Positions 46,498-56,926 are shown, counted from the stretch's first letter. The stretch is DNA of 64,000 nucleotides from an uncultured Actinomycetes bacterium (GCA_963781615.1 CAWAGI010000007.1:87652-151651), one strand, 5' to 3'. The notes: a model not told the origin generated them from the sequence alone. A program made the numbers and translations.

Positions 46498-47147
46498 CGA
46501 CCACCCGCCGGTCGCTGCTCGGCTACCCGGTGAACCTCGTGGTGTCGGGGCGCCGCTGCGTCGTGGTGGGTGCGGGGCGCATCGCGGCACGCAAGGTGGA
46601 CGGCCTGCTCGCGGCGGGCGCCGACGTCCACGTCGTGGCGCCGCACCTCGGCGATCAGGTGCGCGAGCGGCTCGACGACGGCCGCATCACGGCGGTCGAG
46701 CGGGCGTTCGAGCCCGAGGACCTCGACGGCGCGTGGCTGGCGACCACCGCCACCGACGAAGCCTCGGTGAACCACGCCGTCTTCGAGGCGGGGGATGCCC
46801 GCGGCGTCTGGGTCAACTCCGCCGACGACCCGGACAACTGCTCGTTCACGCTCATGTCGGTCATCCGGCGGGGCGACCTCGTCGTCACCGTCGGCACCGG
46901 CGGGCGCAGCCCGGCGCTGGCGACGTGGCTGAAGGAGCGCATCACGGCCGAGATCGGGCCCGAGTACGAGACGCTCGTGGAGCTGCTGTCGGACGCCCGG
47001 GATGCGATGCAGGCCGACGGGCGTTCCACGGAGGAGGCCGATTGGAAACGGGCTCTCGATTCCGGCATGCTCGATCTCATTCGGGCCGGTCGGGTGGATG
47101 ACGCCAAGGAGCTGCTGCGGTCGTGTCTCTCGTCGTCATTGGCCTGA
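46494..47147 (+). CDS. precorrin-2 dehydrogenase / sirohydrochlorin ferrochelatase (SirC/CysG N-domain type)
   Basis: The GTG overlaps the rex stop. Motifs: VVVGAGRIAARKVDGLLAAGADVHVVAP, VWVNSADDPDNCSF, GGRSPALA. Confidence 0.75.
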   Translation: MTTTRRSLLGYPVNLVVSGRRCVVVGAGRIAARKVDGLLAAGADVHVVAPHLGDQVRERLDDGRITAVERAFEPEDLDGAWLATTATDEASVNHAVFEAGDARGVWVNSADDPDNCSFTLMSVIRRGDLVVTVGTGGRSPALATWLKERITAEIGPEYETLVELLSDARDAMQADGRSTEEADWKRALDSGMLDLIRAGRVDDAKELLRSCLSSSLA

Positions 47148-48424
47148 ACCACCGCACGACCCCGGTCGCGCTCCTCGAGCGGATGGCCGTGCCGGCTACC
47201 GAGCTGCCCAAGGCGCTGCACACCCTCGAGCGGAGCGAGAACCTCGCCGAGGTCGCGGTGCTGTCGACCTGCAACCGCACCGAGGTCTACGCCCGCTGCA
47301 CGCGGTTCCATCCTGCGGTGGAGGACGTGAGGAACTTCCTGACCGACCAGTCGTCGCTCGATCCCGACACGATCAGCGACCACCTGTACACGTACCACGA
47401 CGACGCCGCGGTGACGCACCTGTTCGGCGTGGCGGCCGGTGTCGACTCGATGATCGTCGGCGAGGGCGAGATCCTCGGGCAGGTGCGCGAGGCGTGGCAG
47501 ATCGCAGAGCAGGAGTCGATGATCGGACCGCTCGTCTCGCGCGTGTTCCGGCAGGCCGTCGAGGTCGGCAAGCGCGCCCGCACCGAGACCGCCATCGGCC
47601 GGCACGCGGTGTCGGTGTCCTCGGCGGCGGTCGCGGTCGCCGGTGAGCGCCTCGGCGGTCTCGAGGGGCGGCGCGTGCTCGTGGTCGGCGCCGGAGACGT
47701 CGGCGCCGGGATGGCGATCGCGCTCAAGGGCGCCGGCGTGAGCGACATCGTGGTCGCCAATCGTTCACCCGAACGCGGCGCCGAGCTCGCGACGCGCGTC
47801 GGCGGCCGGGCCATCGGTCTCGACGGCGTGCTCGACAACCTGGTCGAGACGGACGTGCTGCTCGCCTCGACGGGCGCGGCCGACGTGCTCCTCGACCGCG
47901 GCGACATCGAATCGGCCATGTCCCGCCGCGGCGACCGCGCGCTCCTGATCGTCGACATCGCCGTGCCGCGCAACGTCGACCCGGGGGTGAGCCAGGTCTT
48001 CGGCGTCACGCTCCTCGACATCGACGACCTCAAGGCGTTCGCCGCGCAGTCGCTCGAGCAACGCCGGCAGGAGATCGGCACGGTGCGCGACATCATCACC
48101 GAGGAGCTCGACCGCTTCCGGCTCGAACGCTCGGCGCGCGAGGTCGCACCGTTGATCTCCTCGTTGCGCGCCCGGGCCGAGGACCTCCGCACCGCCGAGC
48201 TGGCGCGGTTCCGTTCCCGCCTCGGTGCGCTCGATCCCGCCGCGCGGGAGGCGGTCGACGCGTTGACGCGGGGCCTCGTCAACAAGCTCCTGCACGACCC
48301 CACGGTGCGCGTCAAGGACGCCGCCGGCACCGCCGAGGGCGACCAGTACGCGGACGCGCTGGCGGCATTGTTCGGTCTCGAAGCCGCTCCCGACACTGCC
48401 GATCCGCCCACCGACGAGCCGTAG
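47123..48424 (+). CDS. hemA: glutamyl-tRNA reductase
   Basis: VIGLNHRTTPV, LSTCNRTEVY (catalytic Cys), GEGEILGQV, VVGAGDVG. Confidence 0.9.
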   Translation: MSLVVIGLNHRTTPVALLERMAVPATELPKALHTLERSENLAEVAVLSTCNRTEVYARCTRFHPAVEDVRNFLTDQSSLDPDTISDHLYTYHDDAAVTHLFGVAAGVDSMIVGEGEILGQVREAWQIAEQESMIGPLVSRVFRQAVEVGKRARTETAIGRHAVSVSSAAVAVAGERLGGLEGRRVLVVGAGDVGAGMAIALKGAGVSDIVVANRSPERGAELATRVGGRAIGLDGVLDNLVETDVLLASTGAADVLLDRGDIESAMSRRGDRALLIVDIAVPRNVDPGVSQVFGVTLLDIDDLKAFAAQSLEQRRQEIGTVRDIITEELDRFRLERSAREVAPLISSLRARAEDLRTAELARFRSRLGALDPAAREAVDALTRGLVNKLLHDPTVRVKDAAGTAEGDQYADALAALFGLEAAPDTADPPTDEP

Positions 48425-49312
48425 ATGCCGCTGCGGGTGGCGACGCGCGGCAGCGCGCTGGCCCGCCGGCAAGCCGAGCGGGTGGTCGAGATGCTGGGCG
48501 TCGAGGCCGAGTACGTGATCGTGTCCACCCGTGGCGACGAGCGGCGGGACGTCCCGATCCACACCATGGGCGGGACGGGCGTCTTCGTGAAGGAGGTCGA
48601 GCAGACGGTGCTCGACGGGCGGGCGGACGTCGCCGTGCACTCGGCCAAGGACCTCCCGTCGGAGACCGCCGCCGAGCTCGTGCTGGGAGCGCTGCCCGAA
48701 CGGGCCGATCCTCGGGACGCGCTCGTCGGGCGGGCGCTCGACGACGTCCCGACGGGTGGCCGCGTCGGGACCGGGTCGGTCCGGAGGAGGGCGCAGCTCG
48801 CATCGGTGCGTCCCGACCTCGGCTTCGGCGAGCTGCGAGGCAACATCCCCACCCGGCTCGAGAAGGCGAGCGCGTTCGACGCCATCGTGGTGGCGGCGGC
48901 GGCACTCGACCGGCTCGGACTCGCCGACCGCATCGCCGAGCGGGTGGAGCCCGGGATCGTGCTGCCCCAGGTCGCGCAAGGCGCGCTGGCAGTGGAGTGC
49001 CGCGCCGACGACAGCGGGACCCGCGAGCTTCTCGCCCGCATCGACGACGCCGACGTGCGGACGGCCGTCACCGCCGAACGCGCCTATCTCGCGGAGCTCG
49101 GCGGCGGCTGCAACCTCCCGTGCGGCGCCTTGGCCGAGGCCGGCGACGGCGGCGAGGTGCGGCTCGACGCGCTCCTGGGATCACTCGACGGGCGCATCTC
49201 GCTGCGCGTGCGCGTCGAGGGGAGCGATCCGACGGCCGTCGGCGCCGAAGCGGCGCGGCGCCTCGTCGACGAGGAAGGCGGCCGCGTCGTGTTGGACGAC
49301 GAGATGGTGTGA
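48425..49312 (+). CDS. hemC: hydroxymethylbilane synthase (porphobilinogen deaminase)
   Basis: LRVATRGSALARRQ, GGTGVFVKEVE, HSAKDLP, RGNIPTRL, GGCNLPCGA. Confidence 0.9.
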   Translation: MPLRVATRGSALARRQAERVVEMLGVEAEYVIVSTRGDERRDVPIHTMGGTGVFVKEVEQTVLDGRADVAVHSAKDLPSETAAELVLGALPERADPRDALVGRALDDVPTGGRVGTGSVRRRAQLASVRPDLGFGELRGNIPTRLEKASAFDAIVVAAAALDRLGLADRIAERVEPGIVLPQVAQGALAVECRADDSGTRELLARIDDADVRTAVTAERAYLAELGGGCNLPCGALAEAGDGGEVRLDALLGSLDGRISLRVRVEGSDPTAVGAEAARRLVDEEGGRVVLDDEMV

Positions 49313-49325
49313 GGAGACTGATCCA

Positions 49326-50795
49326 GTGACGGTGTACCTCGTCGGCGCCGGTCCCGGAGATCCGGGCCTGCTCACGGTGCGCGGCGCCGAGGCGCTGCGC
49401 CGCGCCGACGTCGTGGTCTACGACCGGCTGGTGGCGTCGACGCTGCTCGACCTTGCACCGTCGGGCGCCGAGCGCGTCTACGCGGGCAAGGCGCCGGGGC
49501 GGAACGAGATGGACCAGGGTGACATCAACGCGCTGCTCGTCGACCGCGGCCGCCGCGGGCAGGCCGTCGTCCGGCTCAAGGGCGGCGACCCGTTCGTGTT
49601 CGGCCGCGGCGGTGAAGAGGCCGAAGCGCTCGCGGCCGCCGGGGTCCCGTTCGAGGTCGTGCCCGGCATCACCAGCGCCATCGGCGCGCCGGCGTACGCC
49701 GGGATCCCGGTCACGCACCGGGGCACCTCGACGCACTTCACGGTCGTGACCGGACACGAGGATCCGACCAAGAAGAGCGCCGACGTCGACTGGGACGCGC
49801 TCGCCAAGTCCGGCGGCACGCTCGTGATCCTCATGGGCGCGGGCCGCGTCGGCGACATCGCGGAGCGACTCGTCTCCGGCGGTCTACCGCCCGAGACCCC
49901 GGTTGCGGCCGTGTGCAACGGCACTCGTCCCGACCAGGTGACCGTGCGGGCGACGTTGGACACGGTGTCCGAAGCCGGGGTGCGGGCGCCGGCGGCGATC
50001 GTCGTCGGCGACGTCGCCGGCCTCGACCTCGCATGGTTCGAGAATCAGCCGCTGTTCGGTCGATCGGTCGTGGTGACACGCGCCCGCGAGCAGGCAAGTG
50101 AGCTCCGGCGACGCCTCGAAGGCCTCGGCGCCGAGGTCGTCGAGCTGCCTGCGATCACGATCGAGGCCGTCCCCTTCGTCCTGCCCGACCTCCACCGGTA
50201 CCGCTGGATCGTCTTCACGTCGGCGAACGGCGTGGACGCGTTCCTCGAGCGCGGGCTCACGGCCGCCGGACTCGACGCGCGCGCTCTCGCGGGGATCCGG
50301 GTGGCGGCGATCGGGCCGGGCACCGCCGCCGCCCTCGCCGGGCACGGGCTGCACCCCGACCTGCTCCCGGAGCGCTTCGTCGCCGAGTCGCTCCTCGAGG
50401 CCTTCCCGCCGCCGGCCGCCGACGGGGAGCGTGTGTTGCTCGCCCGGGCCGAACAGGCGCGCGACGTCCTTCCGGCCGGCCTGGCGGAACGCGGCTACGA
50501 GGTCGAGGTGCTCGCGGTGTACCGCACGGTGACCGCGACGCCGGACGCCACGTCGCTCGAACGGGTACGGCGGGGCGACGTGGATGCGCTCACGTTCACG
50601 TCGTCGTCGACGGTCACGAACCTGTGCGACCTGCTCGGCGCGGTCCCGGCGCCGCAGCCGCTCGTCGTGTCGATCGGCCCCGTCACGTCGAAGACGGCGA
50701 TGGAGCGGGGGCTGCGCGTCGACGCCGAGGCGACGGAGCACACGATCGACGGCCTCGTGGAAGCGCTCCTCCGCGCGCTCCCCGGACGCGGGTAA
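49326..50795 (+). CDS. bifunctional uroporphyrinogen-III C-methyltransferase / uroporphyrinogen-III synthase
   Basis: GTG 49326 after GAGGAG. The N-terminal half has VYLVGAGPGDPGLLT, LKGGDPFVFGRGGEE and VPGITSA (CobA). The C-terminal half, from about 50060, is HemD-like (VVVTRAREQASEL, FTSANGV, FTSSSTV). Confidence 0.85.
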   Translation: MTVYLVGAGPGDPGLLTVRGAEALRRADVVVYDRLVASTLLDLAPSGAERVYAGKAPGRNEMDQGDINALLVDRGRRGQAVVRLKGGDPFVFGRGGEEAEALAAAGVPFEVVPGITSAIGAPAYAGIPVTHRGTSTHFTVVTGHEDPTKKSADVDWDALAKSGGTLVILMGAGRVGDIAERLVSGGLPPETPVAAVCNGTRPDQVTVRATLDTVSEAGVRAPAAIVVGDVAGLDLAWFENQPLFGRSVVVTRAREQASELRRRLEGLGAEVVELPAITIEAVPFVLPDLHRYRWIVFTSANGVDAFLERGLTAAGLDARALAGIRVAAIGPGTAAALAGHGLHPDLLPERFVAESLLEAFPPPAADGERVLLARAEQARDVLPAGLAERGYEVEVLAVYRTVTATPDATSLERVRRGDVDALTFTSSSTVTNLCDLLGAVPAPQPLVVSIGPVTSKTAMERGLRVDAEATEHTIDGLVEALLRALPGRG

Positions 50796-50849
50796 GGCGC
50801 TCTCCGCCGACCGGGGTGACGTGTTCATACACGCTGTACCCTTTGTCGC

Positions 50850-51830
50850 GTGGCGTTCCCCGAACACCGGTCGCGGCGGCTCCGTCGCACGCCTGCGCTG
50901 CGCCGCCTCGTCGGCGAGACGCACGTCACCGTCGACGACCTCGTCGCGCCGCTCTTCGTGAAGGACGGCATCGACACGCCCGAGCCGGTGGCGTCGATGC
51001 CCGGCGTGCTCCAGCACACCCAGGAGAGCCTTCGCAAGGAGGTGCGCGGCCTCGCCGACCTCGGAATTCCCGCGGTCGTCCTCTTCGGCGTGCCGGCGGC
51101 GAAGGACGCCACCGGATCGGGCGCCGACGCACCCGACGGCGTCGTGCAGGTCGCGTTGCGCTCGCTGCGCGACGAGGTCGGTGACGACCTCGTGCTCGTC
51201 GCCGACAACTGCCTCGACGAGTACACCGATCACGGTCACTGCGGCGTCCTGACGCCCGACGGCGAGGTCGACAACGACGTCACCATCGAGCGCTACGCCG
51301 AGATCGCGGTGTCGCAGGCCGACGCGGGTGCCGACGTCGTCGCCCCGTCGGGGATGATGGACGGACAGGTCGGCGCGATCCGCGCCGCGCTCGACTCCGC
51401 GTCACACACCGGCACCGCCATCCTGGCGTACTCGGCGAAGTACGCCTCGGCCCTGTACGGCCCCTTCCGGGACGCGGCCGAGTGCGCGCCTCAGTTCGGT
51501 GACCGCCGCGGCTATCAGATGGACCCGCGGAACGCCCGTGAGGCCGTCGACGAGACGGTGCTCGACGTCGACGAAGGCGCCGACATGGTCATGGTGAAAC
51601 CGGCGCTCGCGTACCTCGACGTGATCAGCGCCGTACGCGAGTCCGTCGACGTCCCCGTCGCTGCATTCCACGTGAGCGGCGAGTACGCGATGGTGAAGGC
51701 AGCGGCGGAGCTCGGCTGGCTCGACGGTGACGCCGTCGGGTTCGAGCATCTCGTCGCGATCAAACGTGCCGGGGCCGACTTCGTCTTGACATACCTCGCG
51801 CGCGAGGCCGCCGAGCGGCTCAACAGCTGA
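50850..51830 (+). CDS. hemB: porphobilinogen synthase
   Basis: [49 protein letters not shown] (Schiff-base Lys). Confidence 0.9.
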   Translation: MAFPEHRSRRLRRTPALRRLVGETHVTVDDLVAPLFVKDGIDTPEPVASMPGVLQHTQESLRKEVRGLADLGIPAVVLFGVPAAKDATGSGADAPDGVVQVALRSLRDEVGDDLVLVADNCLDEYTDHGHCGVLTPDGEVDNDVTIERYAEIAVSQADAGADVVAPSGMMDGQVGAIRAALDSASHTGTAILAYSAKYASALYGPFRDAAECAPQFGDRRGYQMDPRNAREAVDETVLDVDEGADMVMVKPALAYLDVISAVRESVDVPVAAFHVSGEYAMVKAAAELGWLDGDAVGFEHLVAIKRAGADFVLTYLAREAAERLNS

Positions 51831-51831
51831 C

Positions 51832-53110
51832 TTGGAATCGCTCTTCGATCGGGCGCTGGCGCGCATTCCCGGTGGAGTGAATTCCCCGGTACGCGCGTTC
51901 GGTGCGGTCGGAGGCGAACCGTTCTTCGTCGCCCGCGGCGAAGGCGCATACGTCGTCGACACCGACGGACGGCGCTACGTCGATTATGTGCAGTCGTGGG
52001 GTGCGTCGATCCTCGGGCACGCGCATCCGAAGGTCGTCGAAGCTGTGCAGCGCGCCGCCGCCGACGGCACGTCGTACGGCGCGCCGACGACGTGCGAGGT
52101 GGAACTGGCCGAAGCCATCTGCGAGCGGGTCCCCGCGGTCGAAAAGGTGCGACTCGTCTCGTCGGGGACCGAAGCGGCCATGACCGCGATCCGGCTCGCA
52201 CGCGGCGCGACCGGCCGGTCGAAGATCGTCAAGTTCGCCGGCTGCTACCACGGTCACCTCGACGCCCTGCTCGTCGCGGCCGGGAGCGGCGTCGCGACGT
52301 TCGGGCTCCCGGGCAGTGCCGGGGTCACCGAGGGCACGGTCGCCGACACGATCGTCGTGCCATACAACGACGCCGACGCGGTGGACGAGCTGTTCGCCCG
52401 TCTCGGCGGCGAGGTGGCGGCGGTGCTGGTCGAACCGGTGGCGGCGAACATGGGCCTCGTTCCCGCCGGCGACGCGTTCCTCGCCGCGCTCCGTCGCGGC
52501 TGCGACGAGCACGACGCCCTGCTCGTCTTCGACGAGGTGATCACGGGCTTCCGGGTGGGGCCGGCCGGCGCGCAGGGGCTCCTCGGCGCGTCGCCCGACC
52601 TGTCGTTGTTCGGCAAGGTCGTCGGCGGCGGGCTCCCGCTCGCCGCGGTCGGCGGACGCGCCGACGTGATGGACGAGCTCGCCCCGGTCGGGCCCGTGTA
52701 CCAGGCCGGCACGCTGTCCGGGAACCCGCTCGCCACCGCCGCCGGGCTCGCCGCGCTCTCGCTGCTCGACGACGATGCCTACGCGCGCCTCGAGGCGATC
52801 GCGACCCGCCTCGCCGGGGGCCTGGCCGAAGTGCTCGACGGCGCCGGCGTGACCGCACAAGTGCCTCGAGTCGCAAACGCTGGTCGGGCTCTTCTTCGCC
52901 GACCGCCCGGTGCGGAACTACGACGACGCGCACGCCGCCGACCACAAGGCGTACGCGTCCTTCTTCCACGGCTTGCTCGACCGGGGCGTCTACATCGCAC
53001 CGAGTGGCTACGAGGTGATGTTCCCGAGCCTCGCCCACGGCGACGTCGAGCTCGACCACACTTTCAGTGCCGCGACCGATGCGCTGCCGCGGCTCACCGT
53101 CGGCGGCTGA
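51832..53110 (+). pseudogene. hemL: glutamate-1-semialdehyde 2,1-aminomutase, frame broken near 52872 as sequenced
   Basis: [31 protein letters not shown] and [11 protein letters not shown] are in ORF 51832... After GVTAQVPR the next frame gives [55 protein letters not shown]..., with a stop at 53108-53110 (ORF 52910..53110). Confidence 0.85.
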
Positions 53111-53223
53111 CCCGCAGCGCGCCCCGTTCGCGCCGATCTGAGCGGTTTCGGGCGGTAGACGGGGCGCGGTCGGTTGCCTCATCATGCCTGCAAGGCACGA
53201 CCCGGCAACGGATCGAGGCCAGC

Positions 53224-53889
53224 TTGGACGGCGGGACGCGCGTCTTGATCGTCGACGACCACGCCATGCTGCGCGACGCCATGCGCGTGGCGCTCGAGCT
53301 TGCCGGCCACGACGTCATCGGCGAAGCCGGCAACGGCAACGAAGCGCTGCATCTCGTCGCGGAGCTCCGGCCCTCCGTGGTCCTGATGGACGTGTCGCTT
53401 CCCGGCCTCGACGGGATCGAGGTCACCCGGAGGTTGTGCGCACACGACGCCGACCTCCGTGTCGTCATGGTGACGATGCACGCCAACCCGGCGCTGGTTG
53501 CGCGAGCGGTTCGCGCCGGAGCGTGCGCCTACCTCACGAAGGACTTCGCCATGCAGGAGGTCGTGTCGACGGTGGAGAAGGTCGCCGCCGGGGACGTCGT
53601 GCTGTCACCGAACCTGGCGGGCTCCATGCTCCGGGAGCTCACCGCTCCCGACGACGTCAGGCATGACCTGATCACGAAGCGCGAAGCCGACGCGCTCCAG
53701 CTCCTCGCCGACGGGTACTCGACGCACGAGGTGGCGTCGCGCCTTCTCGTGAACGACCGCACCGTCTCCCGCGACCTGTCGTCGGCCTACGCGAAGCTCG
53801 ACGCCCGGCACCGCACCGAGGCGATGGTCGACCGGGTGCACTGGGGAATCATCGCCCGCGAGGTCTCGTCGGCCGCGGACGGGCAGTAG
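53224..53889 (+). CDS. NarL/FixJ (LuxR-type) two-component response regulator
   Basis: TTG 53224 in the tail of ORF 51832..53889. Receiver domain [13 protein letters not shown]...[13 protein letters not shown]...YLTKD and a LuxR HTH ([30 protein letters not shown]). No adjacent histidine kinase. Confidence 0.8.
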   Translation: MDGGTRVLIVDDHAMLRDAMRVALELAGHDVIGEAGNGNEALHLVAELRPSVVLMDVSLPGLDGIEVTRRLCAHDADLRVVMVTMHANPALVARAVRAGACAYLTKDFAMQEVVSTVEKVAAGDVVLSPNLAGSMLRELTAPDDVRHDLITKREADALQLLADGYSTHEVASRLLVNDRTVSRDLSSAYAKLDARHRTEAMVDRVHWGIIAREVSSAADGQ

Positions 53890-53890
53890 T

Positions 53891-54130
53891 TCAGCGCTGC
53901 TGTTCGCGCTCCTGCGCCGCTTCGCGGCGCCGGCGAACTCGGTCCATGGCGAACAGCACCGCGAACGTGACCCCGACGAGAGCGGCGAACAGCACGAAGG
54001 CGAGCGCGCCGCCTCCGTTCTCCTTCCCGGCGTCGACGAGCTGCTGGGCGCCGGCAGGGGAGGCCACGAGGACGAGCGCGACGGTCGACGAGACGGCCAG
54101 CACCAGAAGGTCGCGGAGGCGACGGGTCAC
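53891..54130 (-). CDS. small secreted/C-terminally anchored hypothetical protein, last gene of the bc cluster
   Basis: GTG 54128-54130 follows GAGGAGG with 6-nt spacing. Sequence VTRRLRDLLVLAVSSTVALVLVASPAGAQQ..., then a hydrophobic helix ALAFVLFAALVGVTFAVLFAM and a basic tail. It starts 11 nt after the upstream stop. Confidence 0.55.
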   Translation of the reverse strand: MTRRLRDLLVLAVSSTVALVLVASPAGAQQLVDAGKENGGGALAFVLFAALVGVTFAVLFAMDRVRRRREAAQEREQQR

Positions 54131-54141
54131 GGTGATCCTCC

Positions 54142-54972
54142 TCACGTCCGCGCCGGAACGGGCGCCGGACCGCCCGTCTCCTGCTGCCGCGCCCGCTCGG
54201 CTTCGTCCCGCTCCCGCCAGTGGAGGCCGAGCAGACCGAGGCCGAAGAGCACGCCGGAGGCGAGGAAAGCGAGGATGGGCGGCAGCCGCAGCTGACCGAG
54301 ATCCTTGGTCAGCACCACGAAGCCGTTCTTGTCGGAGGTCGGGTCGCAGACGGGCTTCGGGGGTGGCACGCCGAACGGCGTGTTGACGGGCTGCACCGCG
54401 CACACCTCGACCACCGCGACGAGCGGCTTGTGGGTGAACTGGAAGTCCAGGAACTCCGGGTCGCTGCCGCCGATCTCGTACGTGTTGACCGTCTGGTAGT
54501 CGGTCACCTTGTCGAACTTGGCGAACTTGTTCTGCTCCGGGGTGGGCTTCAGGACGGCCGTCGGCTGAAGGGTGACGAGGCGTGCGTCGACGGCGGCCTT
54601 CACGTTCGCCGCCTCGATCGGGTCGACCTTCTCCTTCTTCGTGAGCTTCTTGGCCTGCGGGTACTTGATGGCGTCCGTCTTGCTGACGAACTGCTGCACG
54701 TTCCACGCGGGGATGCGGCCCTTCAGCGTGTTGAGCGGCGACGACGTGGTGATCCACAGCGTGCTGAGGATCACCATGAACCCCGCGAGGCCGGTGAAGG
54801 CGACGAGGAACCCGAGCCGGGCACCGAGGTTCGTCCCGAGCAGCAGGTAGATCGAGCCGCAGAACAGCCCGATGCCCGCCACGACTACGAGGATCCCGAG
54901 GATCGTCGGGTACCAGAGGTCCTTCGGGATGTTCTCGGTCGGCTGCGCCTGGGCGAGGAGGGACGTGATCAC
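54142..54972 (-). CDS. hypothetical membrane protein of the bc cluster
   Basis: 276-aa ORF with N-terminal hydrophobic helices, a roughly 150-aa extracytoplasmic domain and a C-terminal helix. It follows the dihaem cytochrome c gene after a 19-nt gap. No family recognised. Confidence 0.6.
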   Translation of the reverse strand: MITSLLAQAQPTENIPKDLWYPTILGILVVVAGIGLFCGSIYLLLGTNLGARLGFLVAFTGLAGFMVILSTLWITTSSPLNTLKGRIPAWNVQQFVSKTDAIKYPQAKKLTKKEKVDPIEAANVKAAVDARLVTLQPTAVLKPTPEQNKFAKFDKVTDYQTVNTYEIGGSDPEFLDFQFTHKPLVAVVEVCAVQPVNTPFGVPPPKPVCDPTSDKNGFVVLTKDLGQLRLPPILAFLASGVLFGLGLLGLHWRERDEAERARQQETGGPAPVPART

Positions 54973-54991
54973 TTCTTCCGGCTCCCGTGCA

Positions 54992-56059
54992 TCACAAGCC
55001 CCGCTCGTAGTCGACGATCGCCTGGATCTGGTCCTTGGTCAGGGTGTTGCCGAAGTGGGGCATGCGACCGGAGGAGATCCCGCGCGTGCCGTACGCCTCG
55101 TTGGCGGGCTTGCCCGCCGTGATCCAGTCGACGTGGTCCTGGACGCCCGTCGGGCCCGCGAACTGGCGCACCGTGTCGCCGCCAGTGAGGTTGGGCCCGA
55201 ACGCCCCACCGCCCTGCGGACCGGGCAGCGGCCCGGGCCCGGGGTTGCTCGGGTCGTAGAAGGACCAGTTCTTGGTGTGGCACCGCGCGCACTGCAGCTG
55301 GAAGAGCAGCTCCCCGTCGCTCTTGCCCGGGTTCTTCGCCCGTGCGTCGGCGAGCTGCTTCGTGAACCGGTCCTTCGCCTTCTCAGGAGAGATCTGGATG
55401 CTCTCGACGTAGTTGACGACGTCGTCGATGCCCTGCTGGTTGAGCACGCCCTTGCCGCTCGCAACCCCCCACGGGGGCATGGGCGTCCCCGGTCTGCCGT
55501 ACGTGACGATCTGCTTCACCTCGTCCTTCGAGTACCGGAGCATCTCGACGTCCAGGGGCGGCGCCTGCCACGTGACCTGGACCGGGAGGCAGTAACTCGG
55601 CGTCTCGGCCGTGACCGCGGCCGCCGGGTCGCAGCGGGCGTCGTCCGACTTGATCGTGTAGTTCGTGCTGCCGCCCGAGCCGTCGACGCCGTGGCAGTTC
55701 GCGCACAGGAGCGAACGCGTCGGGTCGTAAGCCTTGCTCTGGTCGTTCGCGAACAGGATCGCACCCCGTTCGATCGACTGGTCCTTGAACTGCTTCTCCG
55801 CGTTCGCCTCTCGGGACGGCTCGAACACGTAGTACGCGAAGAGCGTGAGCGCGATGAGCGCGGTCGTGAGGAGCGCGATCCCGAGCACGCGCTCGAGCTT
55901 GCGGCCTTCGAGCTCCTCGTCGGGCAGGAACGGGGTCAGGTTCTGCGGCGGGCGCGGCTCCGGGTTCCGGCGCAGGCTGACGACCCGCCACAACAGGATG
56001 ATCCCGATGACGGCGAACGCCGCCAGGTTGACGAGGATGATGACGAGTCGGAGGTTCAC
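54992..56059 (-). CDS. qcrC: membrane-anchored dihaem cytochrome c (QcrC-like)
   Basis: Two haem c sites, CANCH and CARCH, and two N-terminal hydrophobic helices. Confidence 0.85.
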   Translation of the reverse strand: MNLRLVIILVNLAAFAVIGIILLWRVVSLRRNPEPRPPQNLTPFLPDEELEGRKLERVLGIALLTTALIALTLFAYYVFEPSREANAEKQFKDQSIERGAILFANDQSKAYDPTRSLLCANCHGVDGSGGSTNYTIKSDDARCDPAAAVTAETPSYCLPVQVTWQAPPLDVEMLRYSKDEVKQIVTYGRPGTPMPPWGVASGKGVLNQQGIDDVVNYVESIQISPEKAKDRFTKQLADARAKNPGKSDGELLFQLQCARCHTKNWSFYDPSNPGPGPLPGPQGGGAFGPNLTGGDTVRQFAGPTGVQDHVDWITAGKPANEAYGTRGISSGRMPHFGNTLTKDQIQAIVDYERGL

Positions 56060-56071
56060 GGCGTGTGGACC

Positions 56072-56926
56072 TCACACACAGGGCGCCCCCTCGGCCGTCT
56101 GCCCCGTGGTGTCCGTGCCGATCGGCGGGCCCTGGACGAGCGACGACGCCGCGGTGTCGACGGTGATCTGCCCACCCGACACCTCGAGCACGAAACGGTC
56201 GAGACCGCGCGGCGCGGGCCCGCCCTTCTTCTCGCCCACGCGGTTGTACTTCGAGCCGTGGCATGGGCACTCGAACCACTGCGACGACTCGCACCACGGC
56301 ACCCGGCAGCCGAGGTGCACGCACTTCTGGTACAGGGCGACGTACCCCTTCTCCATGCCGGCGACGATGCGGGGGTCGTACACCGTCTTCGCCTTGGCGA
56401 TGTCGTCCTCCGGGTACGGCTGGATGTACGTGCGGGCGGCGGCGTTGTAGAAGGGCAGCTTCTTGTCGAACTGCTGCTTTGCGTCGTCCTCGGACCCGAC
56501 GACGATCTTGGCGCCGAACCCGCCTGCGCTTCCCGGCCACAGGAAGCCGAGCATCGCCGCTCCCATGCCGGCGGCGAAGATGCCCAGCCCGGCGAGGATC
56601 CCGCGGTTGAAGAACTGGCGCCGGGTGAGCCCGATCTCCTCCTCTTCGACGGGCACGTACTCGACCGGCGCGCGGGCGCCGGCCGGCTCGAGCGCCTGCC
56701 GCGACTCGTCGGCGTGCGCCCGTGCATCCTCGTCGAGCTCGGCCACGCCGGTGCCCACCGTCGCGGGAACGCGCGACTCCTTCTCCGGCATCGAGCGGTC
56801 GCTCTTGCGCGTCTCGCGGCTGAGGCGTCCGGTGGTCGAGCGACGCCGACCCTCGGCCACGATCGCGACGGCGGCGAGGATCAGTAGTGCGGGGATGGCG
56901 ATGATGAGAACAGTCGAAGAGTCCAC
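56072..56926 (-). CDS. qcrA: Rieske 2Fe-2S subunit (QcrA-like)
   Basis: Rieske boxes CVHLGC and CPCHGS, a twin-arginine-like LTRRQFF, and N-terminal membrane helices. Confidence 0.88.
   Translation of the reverse strand: MDSSTVLIIAIPALLILAAVAIVAEGRRRSTTGRLSRETRKSDRSMPEKESRVPATVGTGVAELDEDARAHADESRQALEPAGARAPVEYVPVEEEEIGLTRRQFFNRGILAGLGIFAAGMGAAMLGFLWPGSAGGFGAKIVVGSEDDAKQQFDKKLPFYNAAARTYIQPYPEDDIAKAKTVYDPRIVAGMEKGYVALYQKCVHLGCRVPWCESSQWFECPCHGSKYNRVGEKKGGPAPRGLDRFVLEVSGGQITVDTAASSLVQGPPIGTDTTGQTAEGAPCV

Noticed and set aside
51832-53889. A HemL aminomutase fused to a response regulator (685-aa ORF).
   Set aside because: The HemL C-terminal 80 residues are present intact in the adjacent frame (ORF 52910..53110). 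The apparent bridge is nonsense sequence, and the regulator has its own TTG start.
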